Origin: a virus
Lineage: Duplodnaviria; Caudoviricetes
Length of the DNA: 49,002 nucleotides
Virus record (IMG/VR): IMGVR_UViG_3300046789_000016
Span: 1 to 49,002 of that record
Strand: one strand, 5' to 3'
Part shown: piece by piece, positions 34,569 through 43,376 of the stretch
Numbering within the stretch: position 1 is the stretch's first letter
Layout: each line of letters begins with the position of its first letter
Position numbers and translations under genes: made by a program
Notes under the pieces: model-generated
What the model saw: only the letters and a program-made list of their open reading frames with translations
The model's database searches: none
What the model was told of the DNA's origin: nothing

Positions 34569-35357
34569 GTGGCGAACCCGAACGTCTCGCTGACGCTGGA
34601 TGAGGCGGTGGCGGAAGTCCTCGGACTCCTCACCGGCCTCGACATGAGCTACTCCAGCGACTACGACCGCTACCGGGCAACAGCACGACAGCTGAACCGG
34701 GCGCTGAGGAACAACGCCCTGGAGCACGAGTGGAGCTACTACTCCTCCCTGGAGAACGTCGGCACCATCGCTGCTGGCGACAGGGAGGTCGCCCTGCGAT
34801 CCTCGGTGCGCGCGAGGGTCATCGGCGACGACGCCGTCCGGCTGGCCGACGACAGCGGCAACGCGATTGTGTGGGCGTACATCCTTCCCCGCGACGCTCT
34901 GCACAAGTACGTCGGTCAGCCGGGCCTCCACTGTGCAGTGACCCGCTCCTCGATCGAGTTCTCGAAGCCCCTCGGCAGTGGCATGGCGGGCCTCAACATC
35001 CTGGTCCCCGTGATGCGGGAGCCGAAGATGTTCGACATCCCGCCCGCGCCGGAGAACGAGGACGACCCGATCGAGACGATCCCCCAGGCCGTCCGAGACC
35101 AGCTCGTCGACTTCGACTACCCCGACGTGGTCATCCTGCGCGCTGCCTACCAGGTGGCACAGAGCGACCCCGTCATGCAGCCTCGAGTCCAGACTCTCGA
35201 GGCCCAGATGAAGGACCTGAACTACGCCCTGATCGAGCGTGACGACCGTCACACCGACTCCCCGCTGCTGAACGAGTTCTTCGTCCCGATCCAGAGCTCG
35301 ATCCAGGGCCACGGGCGGCAGAGCTATCACCACCCGCACGCTGACTGGACCAGCTAG
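34569..35357 (+). CDS. putative head-tail adaptor / tail tubular protein A-like (262 aa)
   Basis: AVAEVLGLL...LEHEWSY pattern, size, and position before an ~800-aa beta-rich gene, as for T7 gp11/gp12. Confidence 0.55.
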   Translation: MANPNVSLTLDEAVAEVLGLLTGLDMSYSSDYDRYRATARQLNRALRNNALEHEWSYYSSLENVGTIAAGDREVALRSSVRARVIGDDAVRLADDSGNAIVWAYILPRDALHKYVGQPGLHCAVTRSSIEFSKPLGSGMAGLNILVPVMREPKMFDIPPAPENEDDPIETIPQAVRDQLVDFDYPDVVILRAAYQVAQSDPVMQPRVQTLEAQMKDLNYALIERDDRHTDSPLLNEFFVPIQSSIQGHGRQSYHHPHADWTS

Positions 35358-37801
35358 TGGCGGGGCCCAAGAAGAGCCTGCCCGCTCCGATCGACAGGCC
35401 GCTCTCCAAGGCGTACCTGCGACAGTTCCACGGCTGGAGCACGGCGTACCCGCCGGGACTCAGTGACCCGACCTCCCTGCGCCTGATGGAGAACGTCCAG
35501 ATCACCCGTGAGGGCGCGATCAGGACCCGCCCCGCCCTGCGCAGCGTCCTGACGGAGAACGTCTGGCTCGACCAGAACTACTCGTCCAAGATCGTCGGCG
35601 GCTTCGAGCACTTCTTCCTGAACGACGGGCGCAAGGGCCTGCTGTTCGCCGCTCGCTACCCCTCCGGCAAGGTGGGGTTCAAGGTCGCCGTCTACAACGC
35701 CACGACGTTCCGGTACGACATCCACGCTCTCACGGACCCGGTGCCTGAGAGCGCTGCTCCGGGCGCTCCGCTCGCACCGATGTTCTCCGTCCCCCAGGGC
35801 GAGGACGCGATGCTGAACTTCTCCGAGAAGACGACGTTCGTCAAGTACCTCCAGATCGACAACAAGATCTTCGCCCTCTCCGACGGCAACGAGGAGATCC
35901 GTCTGTTCTCCGTTGGCGAGGAGAAGGTCGCCCGGCGGGTGACGTCGATCACGCTGCCGGAGTGGGACCCGAGCGACACGCTGAGCGTCGTCCACCCGGA
36001 CGCGGCGTGGATCAACAACCCCGTCAAGAACACCGTCCCGCCTGCGGAGACCCCGACCACGAACACGCTGATCGACTCGACGGCGGGCGACAACACCTAC
36101 ACCTACGGCTACTTCTACACGTTCGAGAACGAGGTGGGAGAGTCCGCTGCCAGCCAGATCACGATGGTCAAGGCGCAGAGGGGCTGGAGTCAGTGGCGGT
36201 TCTTCGCGCCGGACGGGAGCGGCAACCCGACCACGACGAGCGTGACTGACCCGAAGATGGCGATGGACCAGTTCGTCGCGATCCTGCCGACCGACGTGTT
36301 CGGTAACGCGATCAGCCAGGGCGCCCGTCGCTGGAACCTCTACATGTTCACCTGGAGCGACCAGGACGCCGTGCCGCCCGAGGGCCTGCTGATCGGCTCG
36401 CGCACGCTCATCCCCACGGACGACGAACCCACCGTCGCGTACGCCACCCACGGGTGGATTCAGAACACGGCTGCCATCGACGTGGGAACGGCCAGCGCGC
36501 CACTCCCGACGAAGGACAACCGCTTCAACTACTCCGATCCCTCCAACGCGTCACAAGGACTGGTGGCCGGCGACCGGCTCATCCTGGTGAACGACCGAGA
36601 GAACGGAGCCCTGATTCGCTGGAGTAGCAACCAGGTTGGTGAGTACACCAACTTCACGCCGAGCAAGGGGGGCGGTTTCAAGACCCTCACCAGCGGAAAC
36701 CTCTACATCCCTGCGGCTGTCAAGCTCTGGCAGAACCCGCAGTCAGTCGACACGATCACCATCCTGTGTGCCGGTGTCGACGGCTACTCCACCAGCTACT
36801 ACATGGCCCCTGCGGCTGTCAGTGGGCAGAGCGACAGCACCACGATCATGGGCTTCGAGGAGACGACCGCCACGCCTGGAACGGTCAGTCCCTACGGCGT
36901 CGAGGTGCTGAACAACACGCTCGTTCACCCGCTCGACACCGAGCTGATGAAGAGCACGGCTGCCAACTACAACATCAACCACATGCCGCTGACGGACGAG
37001 ATCAGCAACAAGTGGCTCGAGCTGCTCACCAAGGAGAACATCGTCTCCTCGCAGCACGACAACCGGCTGTACTACCTCGTGGTGAACCCGGACAACACGA
37101 GCGAGCAGAGCGCGACCGACCTCGAGAACGGCTGCAACGGCAACGAGGTCTGGGTCTACGACGGCGCGAAGGACCAGGGCAGCTGGAGCCGCTGGCTCGT
37201 GGGCGGCATCGCCCTCTCCAAGCTGCAGGTCGGCGACAAGCTCTACATGGCGATCACCCGGCCCGAGGGGATCTTCGTCTTCGACGACCTGAAGATCACC
37301 GACGACGTGTCAGCCTCCGGCGCCACCGTGCAGCGGACGATCAAGTGGCTGGTGGAGACCAACACCCAGGGAGCGAACCGCGCTCACGACGCCTGGGCCC
37401 ACCTGCAGCAGGTGTCCCCGGTGTTCGGCAACTGGCGGGGCTCCATGCGCTACGGCGTCCGCGGCATCGACATGCACGGCAAGAAGGTGGACGTCAGTAA
37501 GGTGTACCACCGGCCGGTCGACAACGACTTGGCCTCGAGGCCCATGCCCTTCGACATCGAGGACATGCTGCTCGTGCGCAGGGACATGAAGGAGTGGTTC
37601 TTCTACGCCGAGAGCGTGGACGAGCTGCCGAGCTACGGGCGCATCTCGCTCGTGGGCTACCGCTACACGCCGGTCTCCGTCAACGTCGGCGGAGAGTTCG
37701 GCTCGGTCGAGACGTTCGAGTACGGGCGCACGTCTGTCGGAGCACTCACCAACACCGTCAACGGAGTTCCCCTCCCCTTCATTGACACCCGCCGACCGTA
37801 G
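35357..37801 (+). CDS. putative tail nozzle / tail tubular protein B-like (814 aa)
   Basis: N-terminal F.GW...MENV.....GAIRTRP motif and beta-propeller-like repeats (IRWSS, WSRW) as in T7 gp12 / P22 gp10-type nozzles. Confidence 0.65.
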   Translation: MAGPKKSLPAPIDRPLSKAYLRQFHGWSTAYPPGLSDPTSLRLMENVQITREGAIRTRPALRSVLTENVWLDQNYSSKIVGGFEHFFLNDGRKGLLFAARYPSGKVGFKVAVYNATTFRYDIHALTDPVPESAAPGAPLAPMFSVPQGEDAMLNFSEKTTFVKYLQIDNKIFALSDGNEEIRLFSVGEEKVARRVTSITLPEWDPSDTLSVVHPDAAWINNPVKNTVPPAETPTTNTLIDSTAGDNTYTYGYFYTFENEVGESAASQITMVKAQRGWSQWRFFAPDGSGNPTTTSVTDPKMAMDQFVAILPTDVFGNAISQGARRWNLYMFTWSDQDAVPPEGLLIGSRTLIPTDDEPTVAYATHGWIQNTAAIDVGTASAPLPTKDNRFNYSDPSNASQGLVAGDRLILVNDRENGALIRWSSNQVGEYTNFTPSKGGGFKTLTSGNLYIPAAVKLWQNPQSVDTITILCAGVDGYSTSYYMAPAAVSGQSDSTTIMGFEETTATPGTVSPYGVEVLNNTLVHPLDTELMKSTAANYNINHMPLTDEISNKWLELLTKENIVSSQHDNRLYYLVVNPDNTSEQSATDLENGCNGNEVWVYDGAKDQGSWSRWLVGGIALSKLQVGDKLYMAITRPEGIFVFDDLKITDDVSASGATVQRTIKWLVETNTQGANRAHDAWAHLQQVSPVFGNWRGSMRYGVRGIDMHGKKVDVSKVYHRPVDNDLASRPMPFDIEDMLLVRRDMKEWFFYAESVDELPSYGRISLVGYRYTPVSVNVGGEFGSVETFEYGRTSVGALTNTVNGVPLPFIDTRRP

Positions 37802-37816
37802 AGGGGAGGTGTCCGC

Positions 37817-37900
37817 ATGGACCCGTTCCAGCTCATCAACACGATCTGCATGGTAGTCATCGCCATCAGCGTTGCTGTGATCGCCCTGCGTGGTCGCTGA
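37817..37900 (+). CDS. 27-aa single-TM peptide (not in ORF track)
   Basis: SD GGAGGT; MDPFQLINTICMVVIAISVAVIALRGR; followed by a hairpin. Confidence 0.6.
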   Translation: MDPFQLINTICMVVIAISVAVIALRGR

Positions 37901-37904
37901 TCAT

Positions 37905-37950
37905 TAGCCCCTGGACTAAAGTTGCGCGGTGTTAGTCCAGGGGCTATAAT
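37905..37950 (+). promoter_or_regulatory. 15-bp inverted repeat overlapping a TATAAT -10 element
   Basis: TAGCCCCTGGACTAA (37905-37919) / TTAGTCCAGGGGCTA (37932-37946); TATAAT at 37945-37950. Confidence 0.6.
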
Positions 37951-37985
37951 CGTAGATAGGCAGATTGCCCCACCTACGGAGGATC

Positions 37986-38717
37986 ATGACACAGGAAGCC
38001 AAGAAGGCGGCCTGGGACGAGCTGGTTGAGGCAGGCGTCAAGCCGACCCGCCACTACCGCACGTACACCCAGGCGGAGCTGGACGCGGCTGTTGCCCGCG
38101 TGCGGGCCGTGCAGGCGCAGCAGGCAGAGGAGGGCCCGGCGTTCGAATTCCCGCCGGAGTTCAGCACTGAGCGCGCGGAGCGCATCGCAGAGACCGTGCG
38201 CTCGCGGGCGCCCATCGTGTCCACGCCGGACACCGTCGCCGGTCTGCGCACGAACACCCACATCGACGACGACATCCTCCGAGTGGAGGAGTCCGGCCGG
38301 ATCTGGTACCAAGACGAGGTCTCCAAGCCCGCCTTCGCCAAGCCGCGCGGCCGTCGCATCCTGGAGTACATCGACTCCGGCGTCAAGAAGGCTCAGGTCC
38401 AGGACGGCGAGTTCATCGAGACCTTCGAGATGCCGGGCGACCGGAACCGGGTGATGCAGGCGAAGATCACCCTGCCGAGCTACCAGACCGGGATCTACAA
38501 GGACCCCGGCATGCCGTTCAAGATCCACATCTACGGCGAGAAGCGAGGCTTCGACTACTTCGAGGTCAACGAGTTCTACGGGAGCCGCGACCTCGTGCCT
38601 CCCGGCATCAAGAGGGACTACGTCAGCTCGACGCTGGTCTACGACATCCCATCCGTCATTCGCGAGATCGAGTCCGAGTACCGCGAGAAAGTCCTTCGAG
38701 GAGAGATCCGAGCATGA
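37986..38717 (+). CDS. hypothetical protein (243 aa)
   Basis: SD GGAGGA before ATG 37986; stop coupled to the next gene. Confidence 0.8.
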   Translation: MTQEAKKAAWDELVEAGVKPTRHYRTYTQAELDAAVARVRAVQAQQAEEGPAFEFPPEFSTERAERIAETVRSRAPIVSTPDTVAGLRTNTHIDDDILRVEESGRIWYQDEVSKPAFAKPRGRRILEYIDSGVKKAQVQDGEFIETFEMPGDRNRVMQAKITLPSYQTGIYKDPGMPFKIHIYGEKRGFDYFEVNEFYGSRDLVPPGIKRDYVSSTLVYDIPSVIREIESEYREKVLRGEIRA

Positions 38718-39334
38718 GCAACCACACCAACCCCAACTGGACCGGCGACGAGGGACAGGAGATCGAGCTCAGCGAGCAGGACCAGGCAGACCTGGCGGCG
38801 CTCACCGAGGAGCCGATCAACCACACGCTCCTCGAGATCTGGAACGAGGTCCTCGGCTCGATCGAGCTCAGCGTCGCTCACAAGATCCCGGCGATCGTCG
38901 CGAACAAGGTCGTCTCGAGCTGGCCGAAGCTCAGCTACCAGGACACGGCGCGCTACCACGCCCGCTACCACGAGATCCTGACGGAGTACCGCCGGATCCT
39001 GCGCGAGCTGATCGAGGAGAACCCCGGCTGCCTCAAGAACATCGGCGAGCGCGGCACCGAGTTCTTCGACGCCGAGGCGAACCGCGGTGTCTACAAGGAG
39101 CTCATCATCCGCTGGAAGCTCTACGACCAGAGCCTGCAGCTGGACTGGGACGCCGTCGACCCCGAGAGCCACATCGAGATCGCGGCCATCGCGGACGCTG
39201 CGGCGTTCTGCATCGGCTCGACGGGCCTGATCCAGCACCTCGGCGCCCCGCAGATCGGCTTCACCCAGAGCTCGGGTGACCAGGAAGAGCTCGAGGCTCG
39301 CCTGACGGAGGCAGCGGAGGCGCGAGTTGTCTGA
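38714..39334 (+). CDS. hypothetical protein (206 aa)
   Basis: ATGA-coupled; coding-like codon bias. Confidence 0.8.
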   Translation: MSNHTNPNWTGDEGQEIELSEQDQADLAALTEEPINHTLLEIWNEVLGSIELSVAHKIPAIVANKVVSSWPKLSYQDTARYHARYHEILTEYRRILRELIEENPGCLKNIGERGTEFFDAEANRGVYKELIIRWKLYDQSLQLDWDAVDPESHIEIAAIADAAAFCIGSTGLIQHLGAPQIGFTQSSGDQEELEARLTEAAEARVV

Positions 39335-40358
39335 TGTCACCAACACCACCGAGCCGTCGGCCGAAGAGGCTGCAGGAATCGTCCTGGGCTCTGACGCTGC
39401 TTCAGCGTTCGCGGCACTCATGGACGTCCTGGCTCCTGAAGAGAGCCCGGAAGAGGACGGCGCGAGCGGAGACCCGACTCCTCCGCCTGCGGGTGGAGAC
39501 GGACTGGCAGCTGCTGCACCTGAAGGAGCTGGAGCAGCTGCAGCTCAGCCTGTTGCACCGGCAGGCGGAGACCCAGTCGTCCCTCCGGTGGCACCAGGGA
39601 GCGACGCTGGCCCTGCCGCCACGGGCCTTGATCCCGTCGCACTCGCTCCCGCCTGGGGACAGCTCCGGGACGGCCTAGAGAAGAAGCAGAACGAGGAGCT
39701 CACGGACGCCGCGGTCGCGTCCATCCGTGAGGACTTCGGGACGTACATCGAGGCCATCGAGAAGCACCCACGCCTGCTGATCGGCGCAGAGGTTCCTCGC
39801 GCCGACGGCAGCGAGGGCATGGAGCGGATCAAGGACGAGGCCGACGCGAAGAGCTGGCAGGACGCGATCCGCGGCCAGCTCGGCAACGAGGTGCGCTCGC
39901 GTGTCTCGCGTGCTGCGGACGAGACGCGGACGGTGATGACCAACATCCACGCTGCGATTGCCCTCTTCGAGAACAACCCCGACATCATCCCGAAGAGCAA
40001 GACGTTCGACAAGGAGCTCGCAGACAAGTTCGCCAACATGGTCGAGCCCTACGAGTTCCGCGTGGACGGCAAGCTCAACGGGTACACGGTGCCGGTGCAG
40101 GGCTTCCTGACCCAGCTCCGCAAGGACCTGGCAGCGCAGAGGGCGGCGGCAGCGACCGCAGCCACCCCCCCTGCGCCCACGGCACAGCAGCAGCGTGCCG
40201 CCGTGCAGCCCCGCAACGACCAGCAGCAGTTCACCACGCCGCCGCCGGGACCGCAGGGCGGCATCCAGAGCAAGGCAGGAACCAGTAGCGACGAGGGAGA
40301 GGACTTCAGCGTTCTGTTCGGGACACTCGACCCGAGCTTGCGAGACTTCCGCTTCTGA
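39327..40358 (+). CDS. putative capsid scaffolding protein (343 aa)
   Basis: Acidic Pro/Ala-rich disordered N-terminus, helical core and short conserved-looking C-terminal tip; TTG start with GGAGG. Confidence 0.5.
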   Translation: MSDVTNTTEPSAEEAAGIVLGSDAASAFAALMDVLAPEESPEEDGASGDPTPPPAGGDGLAAAAPEGAGAAAAQPVAPAGGDPVVPPVAPGSDAGPAATGLDPVALAPAWGQLRDGLEKKQNEELTDAAVASIREDFGTYIEAIEKHPRLLIGAEVPRADGSEGMERIKDEADAKSWQDAIRGQLGNEVRSRVSRAADETRTVMTNIHAAIALFENNPDIIPKSKTFDKELADKFANMVEPYEFRVDGKLNGYTVPVQGFLTQLRKDLAAQRAAAATAATPPAPTAQQQRAAVQPRNDQQQFTTPPPGPQGGIQSKAGTSSDEGEDFSVLFGTLDPSLRDFRF

Positions 40359-41836
40359 TGCCTCGCTTCCCTCAGCACTACGTGCCACGTCCTTACCAGG
40401 CAGAGCTCCACCACATGTGGAGGAACTACCGCATCGGTTGTGCGGTGTTCCCTCGGCAGTCTGGTAAGGACGTGGCCATGAGCATGGAGATGGTCGAGGC
40501 CCGTCTGCGTACCCCGAAGACCACGGGGACGTACATCAGCCTCGACAACCCCATGATCCGAGACATCCTCTGGGACAAGACCTACTCGGATCCGCTCACG
40601 CACGAGCACATCAGGATGCTACAGGACAACGTGCCTCGCGACCTGATGAAGGGTGACGGCTGGAAGAACACCGTCATGGAGGGTCGCTTCGCGAACGAGA
40701 GTCGCATCAAGCTGCAGGGGTACTTCCAGAACGGCCGCGACAAGAACGGTGTCGGCACGTCCTTCCAGGACTACGCCTTCACCGAGCTCGCGCTGTTCGA
40801 CCGGGAAGACCCGCTGCCGCGACTGATGCCGATCATCATGAGCGAGAACGGGAAGCAGCGACTCATGGTCGCCAGCACCCCGCGTGGCCGTCGCAACAAC
40901 CCGCTCTGGCAGCTGATGGAGAGCCAGGCCAGCAACCCCGAGTTCAAGGTCATCATCCGCACGATCGATGACCTGAACGAGATCATGCGGAAGAATGGTC
41001 TGCCGCCCGTCCTCACGCAGGGGAGCCTCGAGAAGATCGAGGACACCTACATGAAGCGGTTCGGCAACGCTCGCATGTTCCGCCAGGAGTACTACGTCGA
41101 CTTCGACGAGATGGACGCTGCCGCCGTGTACGGCGAGGCGTTCCTCCGGCTCGGCGCAGAGAACCGCATCCGCGAGTTCAACCTCGACCCCGGCAAGCCG
41201 GTGTACGTGGCGTTCGACATCGGTGCCTCCGGCCTCCACTCTGACGCGACAGCCTGGATCGCGTTCCAGTGGTATAATGGACAGCTCTTCCTCTACGACT
41301 GTGGAGAAGGGCACGGGAAGGCACTTCCCGAGTACGTCGACGTTCTGCGTGAGAAGCACTGGTTCAACCGAGTGGCGCAGATCATCCTGCCGTGGGATGG
41401 TGACCATCACGAGAAGGCGGTCAACACCACCCCGGCGGACATGATGAGGACGAAGTTCCCCAACGTCGCCGTTCTCGCGAAGAGCAACAAGGTCTGGAAG
41501 GTGCCCGGCGCCCGGCAGGGCGACTACGACCTGATCACGGACATCCAGCAGGTCCGCATGCAGCTGTACAACACGATCGTCCACGAGGTCAACTGCGACC
41601 TCGTGCTCGACTGCATGGAGAACTACAAGTACGAGTACAGCGCCAAGGAACAGCAGTGGAGCGGGAAGCCGCGCCACGACAAGTACTCTCACCTCATGGA
41701 TGCCCTGCGCTACGTCGTGCAGAGCACCAAGGAGCTCGACTTCTTCGGAGGCAGCTTCTACGACCTCGCCCCGTCCGGAGCTCGCTCGACGAGCACGGAC
41801 TACGTGGAAGACTGGAGCAACGTATGGTCGCGCTGA
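40358..41836 (+). CDS. terL: terminase large subunit (492 aa)
   Basis: PRPYQ Q-motif, RQSGKD Walker A, ASTPRG coupling motif, FRQEY, nuclease AFDIG and C-terminal HLMDALRY. Confidence 0.9.
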   Translation: MPRFPQHYVPRPYQAELHHMWRNYRIGCAVFPRQSGKDVAMSMEMVEARLRTPKTTGTYISLDNPMIRDILWDKTYSDPLTHEHIRMLQDNVPRDLMKGDGWKNTVMEGRFANESRIKLQGYFQNGRDKNGVGTSFQDYAFTELALFDREDPLPRLMPIIMSENGKQRLMVASTPRGRRNNPLWQLMESQASNPEFKVIIRTIDDLNEIMRKNGLPPVLTQGSLEKIEDTYMKRFGNARMFRQEYYVDFDEMDAAAVYGEAFLRLGAENRIREFNLDPGKPVYVAFDIGASGLHSDATAWIAFQWYNGQLFLYDCGEGHGKALPEYVDVLREKHWFNRVAQIILPWDGDHHEKAVNTTPADMMRTKFPNVAVLAKSNKVWKVPGARQGDYDLITDIQQVRMQLYNTIVHEVNCDLVLDCMENYKYEYSAKEQQWSGKPRHDKYSHLMDALRYVVQSTKELDFFGGSFYDLAPSGARSTSTDYVEDWSNVWSR

Positions 41837-42165
41837 AGCGGACGAAGACCATCAGGGAGGCGCTGCAGCACCACGCAGACCATCCCAGACACCTGGACAC
41901 CCTGACCATCACAGACCCCGCGTGGGAGCACATCGCTGCGCGGCTCTACTGGGTGGCCAACCACCCTGACGCCCGCGTGCGTGGCAGCATGGGACGGGCG
42001 ACACGGGCCCAGAAGATGATCCTGGACCGCATGGTCGGCAGACGCCGGCCAGGCACACACCCGGCTCAGGCCAGCAACGAGAGCATCGAGTTCGTTGACC
42101 TCACAGCGGGCGTGCTCGCTGAGGCAGCGGCAGCAGCAGAGGACGAAGAGGATGTGCAGGCATGA
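41824..42165 (+). CDS. hypothetical protein (113 aa)
   Basis: ATG 41824 after GGAG; overlaps the terminase end. Confidence 0.7.
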   Translation: MVALKRTKTIREALQHHADHPRHLDTLTITDPAWEHIAARLYWVANHPDARVRGSMGRATRAQKMILDRMVGRRRPGTHPAQASNESIEFVDLTAGVLAEAAAAAEDEEDVQA

Positions 42166-42467
42166 CCACGACGGATGTTACGTCGAGCAACACGACAGTC
42201 GAGCGACTGCACTTCCGGAAGAGCATTCCGAAGGAGCACCAGCAGAACCTTGACACTCGCATCCAGTGGCTCTGGAACCAGCGCTTCGGCACGGTCCAGA
42301 CCATCGCGATGGAGAGCGCCGACCTGCAGGACAAGACGGCGTGTACGCTGTTCCTGCAGGCCATCATGGGCGGCGACCTGGACTCGATCGCCCTGATCCT
42401 CAGACGACTGGAGGGTGGTCCGCAAGCGGACGAGGAAGTTCTGGAGCGGGCCACACTCCGCGTCTGA
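42162..42467 (+). CDS. hypothetical protein (101 aa)
   Basis: ATGA-coupled; last gene of the rightward arm. Confidence 0.75.
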   Translation: MTTTDVTSSNTTVERLHFRKSIPKEHQQNLDTRIQWLWNQRFGTVQTIAMESADLQDKTACTLFLQAIMGGDLDSIALILRRLEGGPQADEEVLERATLRV

Positions 42468-42600
42468 CCGTCGTTAGCCGACCATCGTCGATGAAGGGCT
42501 GGGTTACGGGCAGAGTCCTGTCTGTATCCTCGGCGAATACTGGCAGCTCGAGCTGTCTCCACCGGCTGACGCTGCTGTGCTGAGTGCCCGGACGGCCCAC

Positions 42601-43131
42601 CTAGACCGCCAGCGTTCCTGCGTAGAACTCAGCCCGTAGCGTCATCATGAGCGGGACGCGGCGCTTCATGCGATGACCGGGCTTCACCCGGTAGCAGTTC
42701 GGGACCTTGTGCCCGGCGATGTACGTCGTGTACGAGGCGCCGAAGTAGTGGCGCAGGAAGATGTTGATCACGCGCAGGTCGATGGGGCTCTTGCCCTCGA
42801 GCTCGATGTACTCCTTGACGGAGACACCGGTCGCCCACTCGTAGATCATGCTCGCGCTGATGCGGTGTCCGGTCTCCATGTTCAGCTGTCGGCCGAACTT
42901 GCGGACCTCGCGCTCCCACGCCACCTTGAGTGGGTTCTCCCGCACCACGAACTTATCCGCGGTGATCGGCATCTTTGAGCGTTCCTCATCGTTGAGGAGA
43001 AGACTGTTGACGCGAGGTGACGGAGCCACTGCCGTGCTGTTGCTCGGCAGTCCCCTCACATCACTCCTCTCAAACTTTGCCTTCAATTTCTTCTCGACCT
43101 CTGTCAGGAGGTCGTCATCTACGAGTGTCAT
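42601..43131 (-). CDS. hypothetical basic protein (176 aa), probably on a leaderless mRNA
   Basis: ATG 43131 lies 6 nt after TATAAT with no SD; a terminator sits upstream. Confidence 0.75.
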   Translation of the reverse strand: MTLVDDDLLTEVEKKLKAKFERSDVRGLPSNSTAVAPSPRVNSLLLNDEERSKMPITADKFVVRENPLKVAWEREVRKFGRQLNMETGHRISASMIYEWATGVSVKEYIELEGKSPIDLRVINIFLRHYFGASYTTYIAGHKVPNCYRVKPGHRMKRRVPLMMTLRAEFYAGTLAV

Positions 43132-43137
43132 ACACTC

Positions 43138-43145
43138 ATTATAGC
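43138..43145 (-). promoter_or_regulatory. -10 element (GCTATAAT), leaderless promoter
   Basis: Minus strand GGCTATAAT-GAGTGT-ATG. Confidence 0.65.
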
Positions 43146-43170
43146 CTCGCGCAGCGAAAAATTTTCCTAT

Positions 43171-43213
43171 AAAAAAGAGAGTGGGAACGCCCCGAAGGAC
43201 GTTCCCACCTCTC
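43171..43213 (-). terminator. intrinsic terminator ending the replication operon
   Basis: Minus strand GAGAGGTGGGAACGTCC-TTCG-GGGCGTTCCCACTCTC-TTTTTT. Confidence 0.85.
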
Positions 43214-43376
43214 ACTCGAAGTACTTCATCTTCTGAATGAACAGATCGAACTTCTGCACCGCACGCTTCCGGTCCAGATAGTCGAGCCACTCGAACAGGC
43301 CCACCAGCAGGAGGATCCCGATGACGAACCCGAGCAGGATCCAGAACCAGAGCCAGATGGACTGGTCCAGGGTCAT
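43212..43376 (-). CDS. small membrane protein (54 aa)
   Basis: ATGA-coupled to the prim-pol stop; MTLDQSIWLWFWILLGFVIGILLLVGLF hydrophobic helix. Confidence 0.7.
   Translation of the reverse strand: MTLDQSIWLWFWILLGFVIGILLLVGLFEWLDYLDRKRAVQKFDLFIQKMKYFE

Noticed and set aside
41272-41278. GGTATAAT inside terL, and another antisense at ~48637 inside the resolvase gene
   Set aside because: Both are intragenic, explained by codons (W-Y-N; H-Y-T antisense), and have no adjacent downstream start.
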